This document shows, piece by piece, positions 12,385 through 24,754 of a stretch of 64,000 nucleotides of DNA. Source of the stretch: Mobula hypostoma (Eukaryota); assembly GCF_963921235.1 (NCBI RefSeq), contig NC_086097.1:229774001-229838000 (forward strand), in the 5' to 3' direction. A program made the translations under genes and the position numbers. The notes below the pieces were generated by a model. It had not been told where the DNA came from. It made no database searches and saw only the letters and a program-made list of their open reading frames with translations. The first letter of the stretch is position 1; the number at the start of each line of letters is the position of its first letter.

Positions 12385-14015
12385 TAGTTACCAAAGTGGA
12401 GTGGAGAGGATAAATATGGCAGGAGCAAAGGATATTGAGAATGGCAAGGGGGGAGCACCACGGGAGTAGTGCAGGACAGGTTGCGGAAAAGGAGTGCCAG
12501 ATGCGGTGGGGGGGGGGTTAACATGGGTGCAGACACACCCAGCCCTGAGATACCATGCAAGGCCACTTCATTCCAAATAATTGGTTTATTGATCATTACA
12601 GAATGTCTCTCTGGTGCTTCCTACTTCCCATTTTCCTAACCATGATTCCTCTCTCCCTGCCCCCTTCCCACTCTCAGTCCACAATAGAGACCCACACCAG
12701 AAACAGGTTTATCATCACTCACATATGTTGTGATTTTTTTTGCAGCAGTACAGTACAATACATAAAAATTACTACAACACTGTGCAAAATTTTGGGCACC
12801 CTAGCTATGAGCAAAGGTCTACAAAATCTTAAAATATAATGATCAGTTCCTTTTTTTCCTGTAATTGTTGAGACTGTTTAATTGGATGGGAGAGGGGTTG
12901 GCATTTTATCCTTTAAGTACCCACTTGAAAGATCTTCCATGGCAGGAATTGTTTCTACGCAGCAGTCTGCCTGATACTCCTCAGTTAGAAATAAGGCCCT
13001 GACTAGGGGAAGGAAAACACTGGTCTAGCTGCTGCTTATCTGATGCACGGCCAGTCTCATAATAAGGACGTAATGCTGCGAGGGCTTCGGCTCTCTTCTT
13101 TTGCAGACACTAATGCCTGGAGGACATTAGTTATCTAGTCCCGCCCCCATTCATATCGACCAGTACAAACTGGTTCTAACCACTATAGCTGCCAGGAAAT
13201 GCTGCCCGAGTGAATTTCTGAAGAGTTAGCTGAAGCAGTTTGTCGTCGACAACGATAAAAAACCCACCATAACTTTGGACATTTTTTCGGCATATAGGGC
13301 ATTAAAAGAACCCAAAGAGCCCCGAGGAGAAAATCAAATGCAAGGAACTATTAGTCTGTTGTCTCCAGGCTTCTTTCTCGCCAAGGTTTAACACAGTTGC
13401 CTCAGCCTGAAGCAGAGTTACCACAGGTCACTTGAAGGCAGGAGAAAATATTTTCTTCTCATTGGCTGGCCCCCTGCCAACAGTCCCACACACCCCCTCA
13501 GCAAAGTAAGCATAAACAAGAGTCTGGTTTGGCCAGTGTCCATTGCAAATCCAGGCTCAGACAGTAATTTGCTTAATATCTGTAATACTGACTTCAAGAC
13601 TGGCAAAAAGAACTGAAATCTGTCAGATGATAAACTACACACAACCATTAAAATGTCAAATGCAGCAATAAAAGCTATTCTCTGCTTCAGCACAATAAAG
13701 GCTTTGCTCCGAAGATTTTGCAAAACTCCTTGTGGCTCTTTGAATGTAAAGTACACTCAAGTGATTTTTAATCTTTAAATACTTATTGACTTCATAATAA
13801 TGTCTTTCCCACTGGGAGTACAAGTTTTAAAGCTTTTAGTATGGTAGGGATGGAATGAAAGTCCAAAGGCAATAGAAGGAATAAAACAAAGTTACGTTCT
13901 GACAGAATGCAGGAAATCTGAAAAGGAAAAGCAGACAGAATTTAGGTTTACACAGCAGAAATGAGTTGATATTCCGGCAACTGCTAAACATTATATATCT
14001 ACTTCGGACAGAAAA

Positions 14016-14172
14016 CACAAACACGACAAAATCTGCAGATGCTGGAAATCCAGAGCACCACGCATAAAATGCTGGGGGAACTCAGCAGGCCAGGCAGCAT
14101 ATACTGTTTACTCTTTTCCATAGATGTTGCCTGACCTGCTGAGTCCTTCTAGCATTTTGTGTGGGTTGCTTA
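14016..14172. mobile_element. Fold-back Penelope-like repeat insertion with 10-bp TSD
   Basis: ggacagaaaa at 14006-14015 and 14173-14182; inverted arms. Confidence 0.85.
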
Positions 14173-14835
14173 GGACAGAAAATGCAATATGCTGGGTAAT
14201 TGTGTAACAATGGAGACATTTGTCATCAGGATCTGCATCCTCACTCCAAATGTAGAAGCAAGATCTGTAATAAAACCTGCCAGTGCCAGCATCTATCTGA
14301 ATTCTTGATTGCTTCAGGAAAGAAAAGGAACAGGGCAGAAAGAACCTAGTTTAATGTCCTTTCCACCCTCAATTGGCAGCTGGGGACAACCGGTCACTCG
14401 CTATTCATGTTACTTGCAACCTGAAGATGAAAAACACAGACAAATAACTTAAGATTAGATTCCAGTCAGAATTAGTCAGTGCAAGGCTCAGTTTTGTAGT
14501 CCACATTTTGACATCGTTAATGTAATTTTTAAACCAAAATCAAAAAATGGCAGGTTTGATGCCTAGAATCATGAACAGAGTGTAGAAATTCTTGACATTA
14601 GTCACAATGCAACGTTGATTTATCGAAAGTGCTACTCATGTTGACCTCAACACTGCTGAACGTATAGAGAGAGATATGGTGAATTTCCCACGTGATAAAT
14701 AAATTATTTATTATTATTATTATTAGTAGTAGTATTATTAGATACACAACTATGACAGATTTAGGTGGGAATAATTTCTCTCAATCTATCCTATTAGTAA
14801 ATGGTCCCAGGATTGAATAATTGATTGATTGAGAT

Positions 14836-15101
14836 ACAACAGAGAACAGGCCCTTTTAGCCCTTCAAGCTATGCCACCCAGCAACCCCCGATTTGACCCT
14901 GGCCCAATCAAAGGACAATTTACAATGACCCATTAACTGACCAACAGGTACATCTTTGGGCTGAGGAAGGCAACTGGAGCACCCGGAGGAAACCCATGGA
15001 GCCACAGGGAGAATGTACATACTCCTTACAGATAGCAACAAGAGTTGAATAGTCAATGGTACTGTAAAGCACTGTGCTGACCACCATGCTACCGTACCGC
15101 C
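14836..15101 (-). mobile_element. HE1-type V-SINE
   Basis: Minus strand: gggcggtacggtagcatggtggtcagc head and gggtttcctccgggtgctccag domain. Confidence 0.75.
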
Positions 15102-15866
15102 CTATGGTAATGTGGGACTAGGAAACAGGTGTGTCCAAAGTGCTGAGCAAAAGACATGGGGGAGTTAGGGAGTGATGTAAGGGGCATTCTGTATTGCACG
15201 GAGTAGTTCTAATCTGAAATGCATTGCCCACAAAGCAAATGATCACCATGAAATGTCTTCACCGTTTATGTGTGCGGTTGGAATTACAAGGACAGAGTCT
15301 AGAGCAGGGGTTCCCTACCTGGGGTCCACGGATGCTTTTGTCCACTGGTATTGGCATTAAAAAAAAACACTGGGAGCCCCTGGTCTTGAGCCATCTCAAA
15401 TGTCAAGTAAGAACAGAAAGAGAAGCAGACGTTACAATTTAGAGCTTCAAACCTGTTGCACCATTCATTAAAATCATGATTGATTTATCTTGGCTCCACC
15501 TTCCTTATGGTTCATGCAGTGATATGTACCTATATCACCGTGGCCTGTATCCTGAATGTACCTTACGACTAGGTATCCCTCTGGGTAATGAGTTCCGAAG
15601 ATCAACAGTCCTTTGGAAGGCAAAGTTTCTCACCTCAGTCCTAATTTGCTGATCCCTACCTCTGAGACTATGCCTTTGGTTCTAGATTACTGTGCCAAAG
15701 AAAACAGTTTCCAAGCAAGTATCCTAACAAGCACTTAATACACTTCAATGAGATCACCTCCCATTCTTCTAAACTCAGGGGAATATTGATCCTTCTATTC
15801 CATGTCTGCCTCAAGTGTTGCCCCCTCCTGCATTTCAGTCAACCTAGATAAGACCGAAGGTGACGA

Positions 15867-15957
15867 AGTCTTACTGCTGTTGTACAGGCCTTGCTGTGAT
15901 GACGCCAGGAGGCTCCAGGAGTCATCACAGCAAGATCTGTACAACAGCAGTGTGACT
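15867..15957. other. Isolated near-perfect inverted repeat (hairpin, ~37-bp stem, 17-nt loop)
   Basis: actgctgttgtacaggccttgctgtgatgac (15873-15903) pairs with gtcatcacagcaagatctgtacaacagcagt (15921-15951), 29 of 31 Watson-Crick. Confidence 0.9.
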
Positions 15958-16274
15958 GCACTCTTAAGGGTAAAAAAGCATTTACGTTTCAACTGTTTGA
16001 TGTGCCTCCATGTTAACTTGCTAATGCCAGGTTCCTTGGAAGCTGTAACATGACACTTCTCTTAACATCTTAAAATATTCTGCTTTACTATTACAAAATT
16101 AAAAGGCATCGCATTCCTTGATTTTACATTCTATCTGCAAAAAATGTAATCCTTTGCCACCTTGCTGTACCCTCTTCTCAAATTATTTACCTGCAGATAT
16201 TTCCATCAAAAGCAAAATTTGGGCAAATTACACTTGACTCCCTCATCCAGTTCACTGACTAAGAAAATAAATAT

Positions 16275-16394
16275 CACACATCAAAGTTGCTGGTGAACGC
16301 AGCAGGCCAGGCAGCATCTCTAGGAAGAGGTTTGAACCCGGGAACCTCTGTTCCAGAGTCTGGCGCTGATGTCATTGCGCTATCAGCCGGCCCC
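16275..16394 (-). mobile_element. tRNA-like SINE head joined to the 3' part of a Penelope-like repeat
   Basis: Minus strand: ggggccggctgatagcgcaatg...cccgggttcaaacc runs directly into tcttcctagagatgctgcctggcctgctgcgttcaccagc. Confidence 0.6.
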
Positions 16395-18030
16395 CCAAGT
16401 CCCTTTGCATATCAGATTTTTGGTTTTTCTCCCCATTTAGAAAATAAGTCTGCACATTTACTTCTACTACCAAAGTGCATGACCATGCATTTTCCAACAT
16501 TCTATATCATTTGCCACTCTCTTGTCCATCCTCCTAATCTGTCTAAGTCCTTCTGCAGCCTACTTGTTTTCTCAACACTACCTGCTCCTCCACCAATCTT
16601 TGTATCATCTGCAACTTGGCCACAAAGTTATCTATTCCATTATCTAAGTCATTGATATACAGCATAAAAAGAAGCAGTCCCAACACCGACCTCTGCAGAA
16701 CACCACTAATCACTGGCAGCCAAACACACAAGGATCCTTTTATTTCCACTCACTGCCTCATACCAATCAGCCAATGCGCTAATCATGCCAGTAACTTTCC
16801 TGTAATACCACACACTCTTAACTTGGTAAGCAGCCTTATGTGTGGCACCTTGTCAAAAGCCTTCTGAAAGTCCAAATATATAACATTCACTGCATCCCCT
16901 TTATCTATCCTACTTCTAATCTCCACAAAGAATTCCAACAAGCTAATCAGGCAAGATTTTCCCTTAAGGAAACCATGCTGACTTTGTCCTATTTCATTTT
17001 GTGTCACCAAGTATACTCCATAACCTCATCCTTAACTATTGACTCCAACACCTTCCCAACCACTGAAGTCAGGCTAACTGTTCTAAAATTTGTTTTCTGC
17101 TGCCTTTCTTGAACAGCACCATGCCAGAGTCCAATGATTTTTGAAAGATCATTGCTAATACCTCCACAATCTCTAATGCTACCTCTTTCAGAACCCTAGG
17201 AGGCAGTTCATCTGGTCCAGGTGACTTATGTACCTTAAGGTCTTTCAGCTTTTTGAGCACCTTTTCCCTCGTAATTGTAACTGCACTCACTTCTCTTTCT
17301 TCACACTCTTCAACACTGCTAGGATCTTCCACAACGAAGACTGATGCAAAATATTTAGTTCATCTGCCACCTCCTTGGTCCTCGTTATTATTTCTCCAGC
17401 TTCATTTCCTAGTGCTCCTATATCCACTCTCATCTCTCTTTTATTTTTTACATACTTGAAAAAGCTTTACTATCCACTTTGATATTGTTTGCTAACTTGC
17501 TTTCATATTTTATCTTCCCTCCTAACTATTCTATTAGTTGCTCTCTGTAGGGCTGTAAAGGCTTCCCAATCCTCTGTCTTCCCACTAATTTTTGCTTTGT
17601 TGTATGCCTTCCCTCTTGCTTTTACATTAACTTTGTCTTCCCTTGTTAGCCTCCTTTCTCATACCACTGTAATTTCCTTTACTCCACTGAAACATTGCTA
17701 CGCCAGACTTTACTTTTTCCCTGTCAAATTTCAACTTGAACTCAATCATATTGTAATCACTGTCCCCTAAGGGTTCTTCTACCCTAAGCTCTCTAATCAC
17801 CTCCAGTTCATTACCTAACACCCAACCCAGTATAGCTGATCCCTTAGTAGGCTCAATGACAACTTCCCTCTCCTGAGGTCTATTTCCAACCTGATCCTAT
17901 GTCACATCTTTCTACTGGTTTGATGACATTCTTTACCAGCACAGCTACGCCACCCTATCTGCCTACCTTCCTATTCCTCCGATACAACATGTAAACTTGA
18001 ACATTTAGCTCCCAACTACAACCATCCTTC
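16395..18030 (-). mobile_element. CR1 LINE, decayed endonuclease/RT
   Basis: ORFs with [46 protein letters not shown]. Confidence 0.9.
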
Positions 18031-18638
18031 AACCTACGACTGATTCCTATTTTCCTTACATCCTTTTCTGAATGGATGTGGGAGAATTCTAAAGTCTTGG
18101 AAATATTCAAAAGCTAAAACAAATGCATCCACTCTCACTTCAGCTACCTCTTTTTAAAACCCCAGAATGTTAGCCACCCAATCCAAGGAATATACTGAGT
18201 TTTAGTCCCTTTAATCTCTTCTGTTCTATTGTTTTATTTATAATAATTTCCTACAGTTCATTTTCATTAAGCTCTTCATTTCCCATTCCCTCTGCAATTA
18301 TTTTGTCTACTACTGTGAAGATAGGACCAATGCTTTTTAATGCCTCCACCATTATCTTATTCCTACTAGTCCTAACTAGAGTTTCAAATATAAACATTGA
18401 AGCACCTGCAACCTTTTATCAGGATTAGAAATAATATGTTCCCTAGCTAATTCCTCAACAAAACGATCGAGAAATGATCTTGAATGAATTCTATGTATTC
18501 ATCTCCACACTATTATTGCAAATTTGCTTTGCTCAATCATTTATTGAAAAGGAAAGGAATATAAATACTAGAAATCTGAAATAATACAGATGACCTGAAA
18601 TGTTAACTCTTTCCATAGACACTGTTTCTCTTTCTATA

Positions 18639-19243
18639 CAGTACTGCGCAAAACCCTTAGGCACCCTAGATTTTTTATATGGTTTCAGAGGGTATGGCCT
18701 CCACAGAGCCCTGATCTCCACATCATTGAGGCTGTTTGGGATTACCATAAGATACAGGAGCAGAATTATGCCATTGGGCCCATCGAGTCTGCTCCCCAGA
18801 CATCCTTTCACATCACTGCCGCTGCTGAACAGTTAGCTCGGGCAAGGAAACCAAGGTGACTTCTTCGCTCATGCCCCTACAACAGCTTTGGCAAAGCCTC
18901 TGTACTTCACGCTGGCACAACCAGGAAAAGCTGTGCAGGAAATTACCTGGAGAGACAGAAGCAAGTGAGACAGCCAAAGTCTGCAGAAGAACTGTGACAA
19001 GTTCTCCAAGATGCTTGGAACAACCATCAGCCAATTTTCTTATAAAGCTGCACAACAGAGTACCTGAAGATGTTGAAGGGAAAGGGTGGTCGCAGCAGAT
19101 ATTGAATTGATTTCGTTTTTTACCGTTTACTGCTCTTGATAGTATTTTTTTCATATTTAGAAACTTCTCATTTCATTATTTTTGAAAGCACCTTTGCTTT
19201 ACAGAATCTTTTTTACATGTGCACAGACTTTTGCACAGTACTG
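18639..19243 (+). mobile_element. Deleted Tc1-type transposon with a C-terminal transposase remnant, interrupted at 18747-18941
   Basis: TA-flanked TIRs cagtactgcgcaaaa / ttttgcacagtactg; WPPQSPDLHIIEAVWDY continues after the insert as LERQKQVRQPKSAEEL. Confidence 0.85.
18747..18941 (-). mobile_element. Chimeric retroposed insert: ~148-nt non-repeat body plus CR1-type 3' tail, 6-bp TSD
   Basis: TSD attacc (18741-46, 18942-47); tail agcagactcgatgggcccaatggcataattctgctcctgtatcttat; body about 85% identical by eye to 20395-20546. Confidence 0.8.
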
Positions 19244-20703
19244 TAGATACTGCCTGACCCATTGAATATCCTGAGCATCTTTATTCTGATTTTATTTACT
19301 CACTCTATGTACATTCTATAACTCTACACAAACTGTTTCTACTTCTTCAGCTAAACATTTCAAGCTAAGTATTTCTTTATCCCACCTTTTAACATTGAAC
19401 ATTACAACACAGTACAGGCTCTTTGGCCTTTCATGTGGTGCTGACCTCTTAACCTGCTCTAAGATCAACTGGTATATTAATGTATATGCAGCCAAATGCA
19501 AACAGTTACTTGCACGTTGTGCTTTGTAGGATTGTATTATATTTATTGTGTTTTTACTCTGGTCTTTCTGCTGCATTGGATCAGGATTTCAAACCCCTTT
19601 ACACTGGTGTATTGCAGAATGACAGTAAACAAACTTCAGTCCTGAATCTAACTCTTCCCTGCAACATAACCCTCCATTTTTCAATCATCCATGTGCCTAT
19701 CTTAAGCGCCACTAATGTATCTGCCTCTACCACCACCACTGGCAACGCGCTCCACTCTATAAAAAAACCTAACTCTGATATCCCCCCTATACTTTCCTCC
19801 AATCATCTTAAATTTATGCCCTCTGGTATTAGCCATTTACTTTAATCAATGTTATCTTTACTCCTTTTCTATTTTGCCTATCTGCTTTAAAAATTAAGCC
19901 TCAAAGTTTTATTTAATTCCTAATCATTAGTTCTAATTGAATTTTTTTAAAAACTGCTGCCGCTGAAAAACTAAACTAGAACAGAAAACACTAGAAATAC
20001 TTAGCAGATCAAGTTCTATCTGTAGGAAGAGCAACTCTTCATCAGAACTATTTTAACATCTCTCCTCCACTCTCTCATACGCCTTATTCATTCACACTAT
20101 TGGCCCATAAAATACTGAAACTCTCTTCTATTCACTTACCTATATAGAAAGACTTCAAAAAAAAATCACAGCCATGAAAAAATAAAAATGTTCCAGATTG
20201 CTGCAAAATGAAACACATTATTGGCGTAGATCCCTCTAGTGAAAAATCTAAAGTAACAACTCCAGTCTGCTTCAGATGTTTAGGCTCTAGTTTTTGCTTT
20301 CTTGGTTGACTGAGCACAGGAGCACACCAAGGGAACATTTAGTCAGAAATAATTTTCCCCCTTATTTTTCAAGTAATAGCTTCATTACACTAATCCCTAG
20401 ATATCCTTTCACATCTCTGCTGCTGCTGCTGAGCGGTTAGCCAGGCCAAGGGAACTAAGGCGACTTCCTCGATCATGTTCCTATAATTGCTTTGGCAAAG
20501 CTATGTACTTCACACTGGCACAACCAGGAAAAGCTGTGCAGGAAATCATAAGCACAAACTCGGTGAAACTGCTGAGGTTCAGTATCAGAAAGCAATGCCG
20601 ACAAGCTGTTCAGCTTCTCTCTTCCTCAGCTACACGGTCTACATGTCAAATACTTGAGTATCAGGAATATCTGAGTTAAAGCATGGGGGGGGGTGGGAGA
20701 AAT

Positions 20704-20717
20704 GTTGCCATGGTAAC
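20704..20717. promoter_or_regulatory. RFX X-box consensus match GTTGCCATGGTAAC
   Basis: Near-palindromic match to the RFX consensus in non-repeat DNA; function untested. Confidence 0.4.
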
Positions 20718-22479
20718 CCCATTTAGGCATGGTAGCCAAACAAAATATGCAAGGCCAACTTAATTAGTTTGACTGTAACACACAGCAGACCACATGGGAA
20801 TTCAGATTTTTGTCAAAATAACACACTATTTAATAGAGCTGACAAAAGTCTGTAGTGTTAATGCTGATGAATTTTTTAACAATTAAGTTAGCTGCTATGA
20901 ATTTGTGTCCTCGCATCCTTCAGAAATTCCACATCTTACTTTACTAAGAAGAATGTGCCCTGCAGTTATAAGCTATAGGACTACAAAAGTTGGCACCTAA
21001 AAGGAACTTCTGTTCTGTACAACAAAGTTAGATGTGTTAAATTGGTGAGGAAATCAGAAGTCAGTCAGAGAAAAGCAGTACATAGCAGACAAAATGTCCT
21101 ACAAAATGTTTCTCCACTCTCTTCAGCACAACCTTGGCTCACACTTTGTCCTGCTGCTGAAATTTAACCGACCTATCCAGTAAAGTTTGAGAGTCTGCCA
21201 ATGCCTACACAGCAATTGTTTCTTTTTCTGTTGTCAGAAAACAAGAACCTCCCAAGTACACCAGGGGCAATGCATCGTTAGATCAGCCTGACAGAAATAG
21301 AACACTAAAATATGGCAGCAACGTGACTTATTTACACACCCAAAACAACTGCTTGTTGTTTTGATTCATAGGAAGCAGCCACAACAGCACATTGCTCTGG
21401 CAAAGCTTGAGTGCAACAGTTTGGAAGCAGGAAACTTCCAACATTCAAATCTCCTGCAGCACTAGTAAATTAATCTTCTACCAGTTAGCACCATTAATGA
21501 GTTTCAGCGCTGAATGGTGTAGCACCTGAAATGTTTCCTCAACAGCAGATACAACCGGGATCATGTACACAAAATAAAAACAGAAAATGCTGGATACCCA
21601 GCAGACTAAATGTTTCAGGACACTGGCTTTTCATCAAAACAGTGGAAGGTTTGGGGGTTTGGGGTTTGGCGTTCTTCTGCGTGGATGATCTGTTAGTTTT
21701 TCATGCACAAGATAGGGGGTTGGGGGATTGATGCTACTGTCGCTGTATTTTTCCCCTTGTGGGCGAAATGTTAGTTTTTTTTTACAAGGGAGGGTTTGGG
21801 GTTTGATGTTCTAGCTGCCGCTTTCCAGGAGGGCTATCTTTTAGTTTTTGAGTGATGGAAGGGTTACAGAGTTTTTGTTTCTTTTTCTTTTTTGAGCATG
21901 GGGTGCGATATCTTTTCTTTCAATGACTTCCATGGTAATTCTGTATTTCCTGGCTATCTGGAGAAGACGAATATCAGAGTTGCAGTCTCTATACGTACTT
22001 TGAAAATAAATAGAACATTCGAACCTTTAGCCTGGAATAGACAATTCCTCCTATACCAGGCTCCTCTTTTGACTCACACCATTACAAGAGATGACAAATT
22101 GAATTCAGACTCTTCCAAAAAGGAAGGTTGACTGTACCCAAGTAATATGATATCCCAGACCACAGACAGCAAGCTTGGCAACAGGTCAGCTTCTTTAAAC
22201 ATATTGAAACATTGCAATGGCAAGACAGAATATCTGAAAAGACTATAGTTTACTTACTAAAATGAAGAGGCAAAGAATTGGATTATATGATTCTTGCTCC
22301 CCCAACGTACAATTTTACCCTCATCCCTGTACTTTATCTTAAAGAATCAGATGCTACAGAAAGCAGAAAAACACAAGCATGAAATGAAAATAAATTTTTA
22401 AAAAATTGTATCAGTAACTTCAAGATATCTTATGGCTAACACTTCAAAATATACCTAGTGGTTGCTTTATTAAGTACTT

Positions 22480-22810
22480 TCTTTGGTGCCCATTATGCCT
22501 AACTGGTATGTAGGGCAGCAACAGAGGTTCTGGGCTAACTTCTGGATGGTACCCCAGGTGTAGTTCAGCTCTCTCTCTACAGTTTGACGCCAGGTATTCT
22601 TGGGTCTTCCTCTTTTCCTCTTTCCTTCTGGTGTTCAATGGAGGGCTATACATGTGATGTTGTCAGGTTCACTTTCTCAGCACATGCCTGATCCAGCACC
22701 ATTGCCTTCTCATGAGGAGGGTTTCAATGCTCTCTTGACTGCATTGAGCAAGTAGTTCGTCATTTGAGATGGTGTTTGGCTAAAATATTCTTAAGATTCT
22801 TCTCAGTTTC
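22480..22810 (-). mobile_element. RTE-type LINE 3' fragment
   Basis: Minus strand carries degenerate WxWxGHV and WTPEGK..GRP..TW-like C-terminal RT motifs. Confidence 0.6.
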
Positions 22811-23330
22811 TTTATTAAGTACACCCGCTCATTAATGCAAATATCTAATAAGCCAATCATATGGCAGCAACACAATGCATGAAAGCATTCGGACATGTTC
22901 AAGAGGTTCAGTTGTTCAGACCAAATATCAGAATGGGGAAGAAATGTGATCAAAGTGACTCTGACCGTGGAATGATAGGTGGTGTCAGATGGAGTGATTT
23001 GAATATCTTGAAACTGCTGATCTCCTGGCATTTTCATACACAACAGTCTCTAGAGTTTACAGAGAATGGTAGAAAAAGCATCCAGTGAGCGTCAGTTGCA
23101 TGGGCGAAAATGTCTTGTTAGTGAGAGAGATCAGAGCAGAACGGCCAGACTGGTTCAAGCCTGACAGGAAGGTGACAGTAACTCACCAGCGGTGCGCAGA
23201 AAAGTATCTATGAATGATCAACACATCGAACCTTTAAGTGGATGAGCTACAGCAACAGAAGATCACAAACATACACTCAGTGGCCACTTTATTAGCTATA
23301 TGAGGTAGCTAATGAAGTGGCCACTGAGTA
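22811..23330 (+). mobile_element. Non-autonomous Tc1-like element ending in a 57-bp palindromic MITE (23274-23330)
   Basis: MGKKCDQSDSDRGMI resembles a Tc1-type transposase N-terminus; cactcagtggccacttt...aagtggccactgagt inverted repeat flanked by TA. Confidence 0.75.
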
Positions 23331-23352
23331 TAGTTCCAGTCTGCAGAATACT

Positions 23353-23730
23353 CAATCAGAATCAGAATTAGGTTTATTATCACCAGCACATGACGTGAAA
23401 TTTCTTAACCTAGCAGCAGCAGTTCTATGCAATACATAATCTAGCAGGGAAAAAAATAATAATAATAAATAAAATAAACAAGTAAATCAATTGCATATAT
23501 TGAATAGATTAAATAAACGTGCAAAAACAGAAATAATGTATATTTTTTAAAAAGTGAGGTAGTGTCCAAAGCTTCAATGTCTATTTAGGAATCAGATGGC
23601 AGAGGGGAAGAAGCTGTTCCTGAATCGCTGAGCGTGTGCCTTCAGGCTTCTGTATCTCCTGCCTGATGGTAACAGTGAGAAAAGGGCATGCCCTGGGTGC
23701 TGAAGGAACTTAATAATGGACACTACCTTT
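23353..23730 (-). mobile_element. Rex1/Babar-type LINE 3' end
   Basis: (aatcag)n tail and shared 3' motifs. Confidence 0.75.
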
Positions 23731-24754
23731 CAGACGATAGGACGTAAATAGTTGCGTGTTATTTACTGCTTGGATCCTTTCTGAAGGTTAATGATTCAGA
23801 CTGACAATTCCAATAGAACTTCTCACAGATTGTGTTGTGCTTGTGGCAGCAGTCAGCTGCATATAATGTGTGTGCTTTCTGTGCGTGCATGAGCTTCTCA
23901 TTAAATAAATGCAACACACCAAACAAGCAGACGCTGTTGCTAAATAGCTCAGTAAATATATTACTGAGGAAGGAGGGGAAGGCAGGAGATTGGGGCTGAG
24001 AGGAAAATTTGAACCGCCATGATGAAATGGCAGAGCAGATTTGATGGGCCAAATGGCCTAATTCTGCTTCTATATCTTATGGTCTTAATATTCCTAGAAG
24101 TTCAAAGTAGATGGCATTGCAGGTCCATTTTAATCCTTTCATGGAAATTACTGGAGCGTTCATCATTTTGATGCAAATGAACTCTAACATCTTGCGTTCT
24201 GCAACAGTGTTTGAACTTGGCTTTTGAACTCCCACTGTGGAATGCAGGGAGACACGTTTTTAAGTTTTGATGTGATGGGCAGAACTTTAATTTATTTAAA
24301 GGGGTGGTGTTGAAGGCAGGTTAATTGCACCCATAGTGACAGCAGGTCATGAGGTTGCTTTGGAGCAGTGGTGTCTGGATTCAATGCGAGAGCGATTCCC
24401 CTCGGAGAGGCAGTATGCCAGTTTTGATGTGATAATAGGACTTGCCAACATTGGATCAAAGGGCTCGGCACAGAAGGTAGCCACTCAACCCTAATGCCAG
24501 CTCTCCAGAAGAACAAAGCATCAAGTCCCATCCCAAGTCCTTTTCTGCCCTCAATTTTAGTGACATTTCCACACATTTGGGATTTTACCTTTTACTGTGG
24601 GTATGTAGGGCTTCCTACACCAGATAGACAGTTGAAAGCACAGTGCAGCTGAAGAAGTGACAGGTGTATCTGGCAACAGGTGCTGAGAGGAAGGAAATGC
24701 TTTGTTGAACAACTCTGCTGAAAGCTGGCTTTGTAAACTAAAATGTGGAGGGCT

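Noticed and set aside
15873..15951. Resemblance of the hairpin arm (catcacagcaag) to recalled miR-499-3p
   Set aside because: The 5p seed differs and there are no MYH7B exons nearby; likely coincidence.
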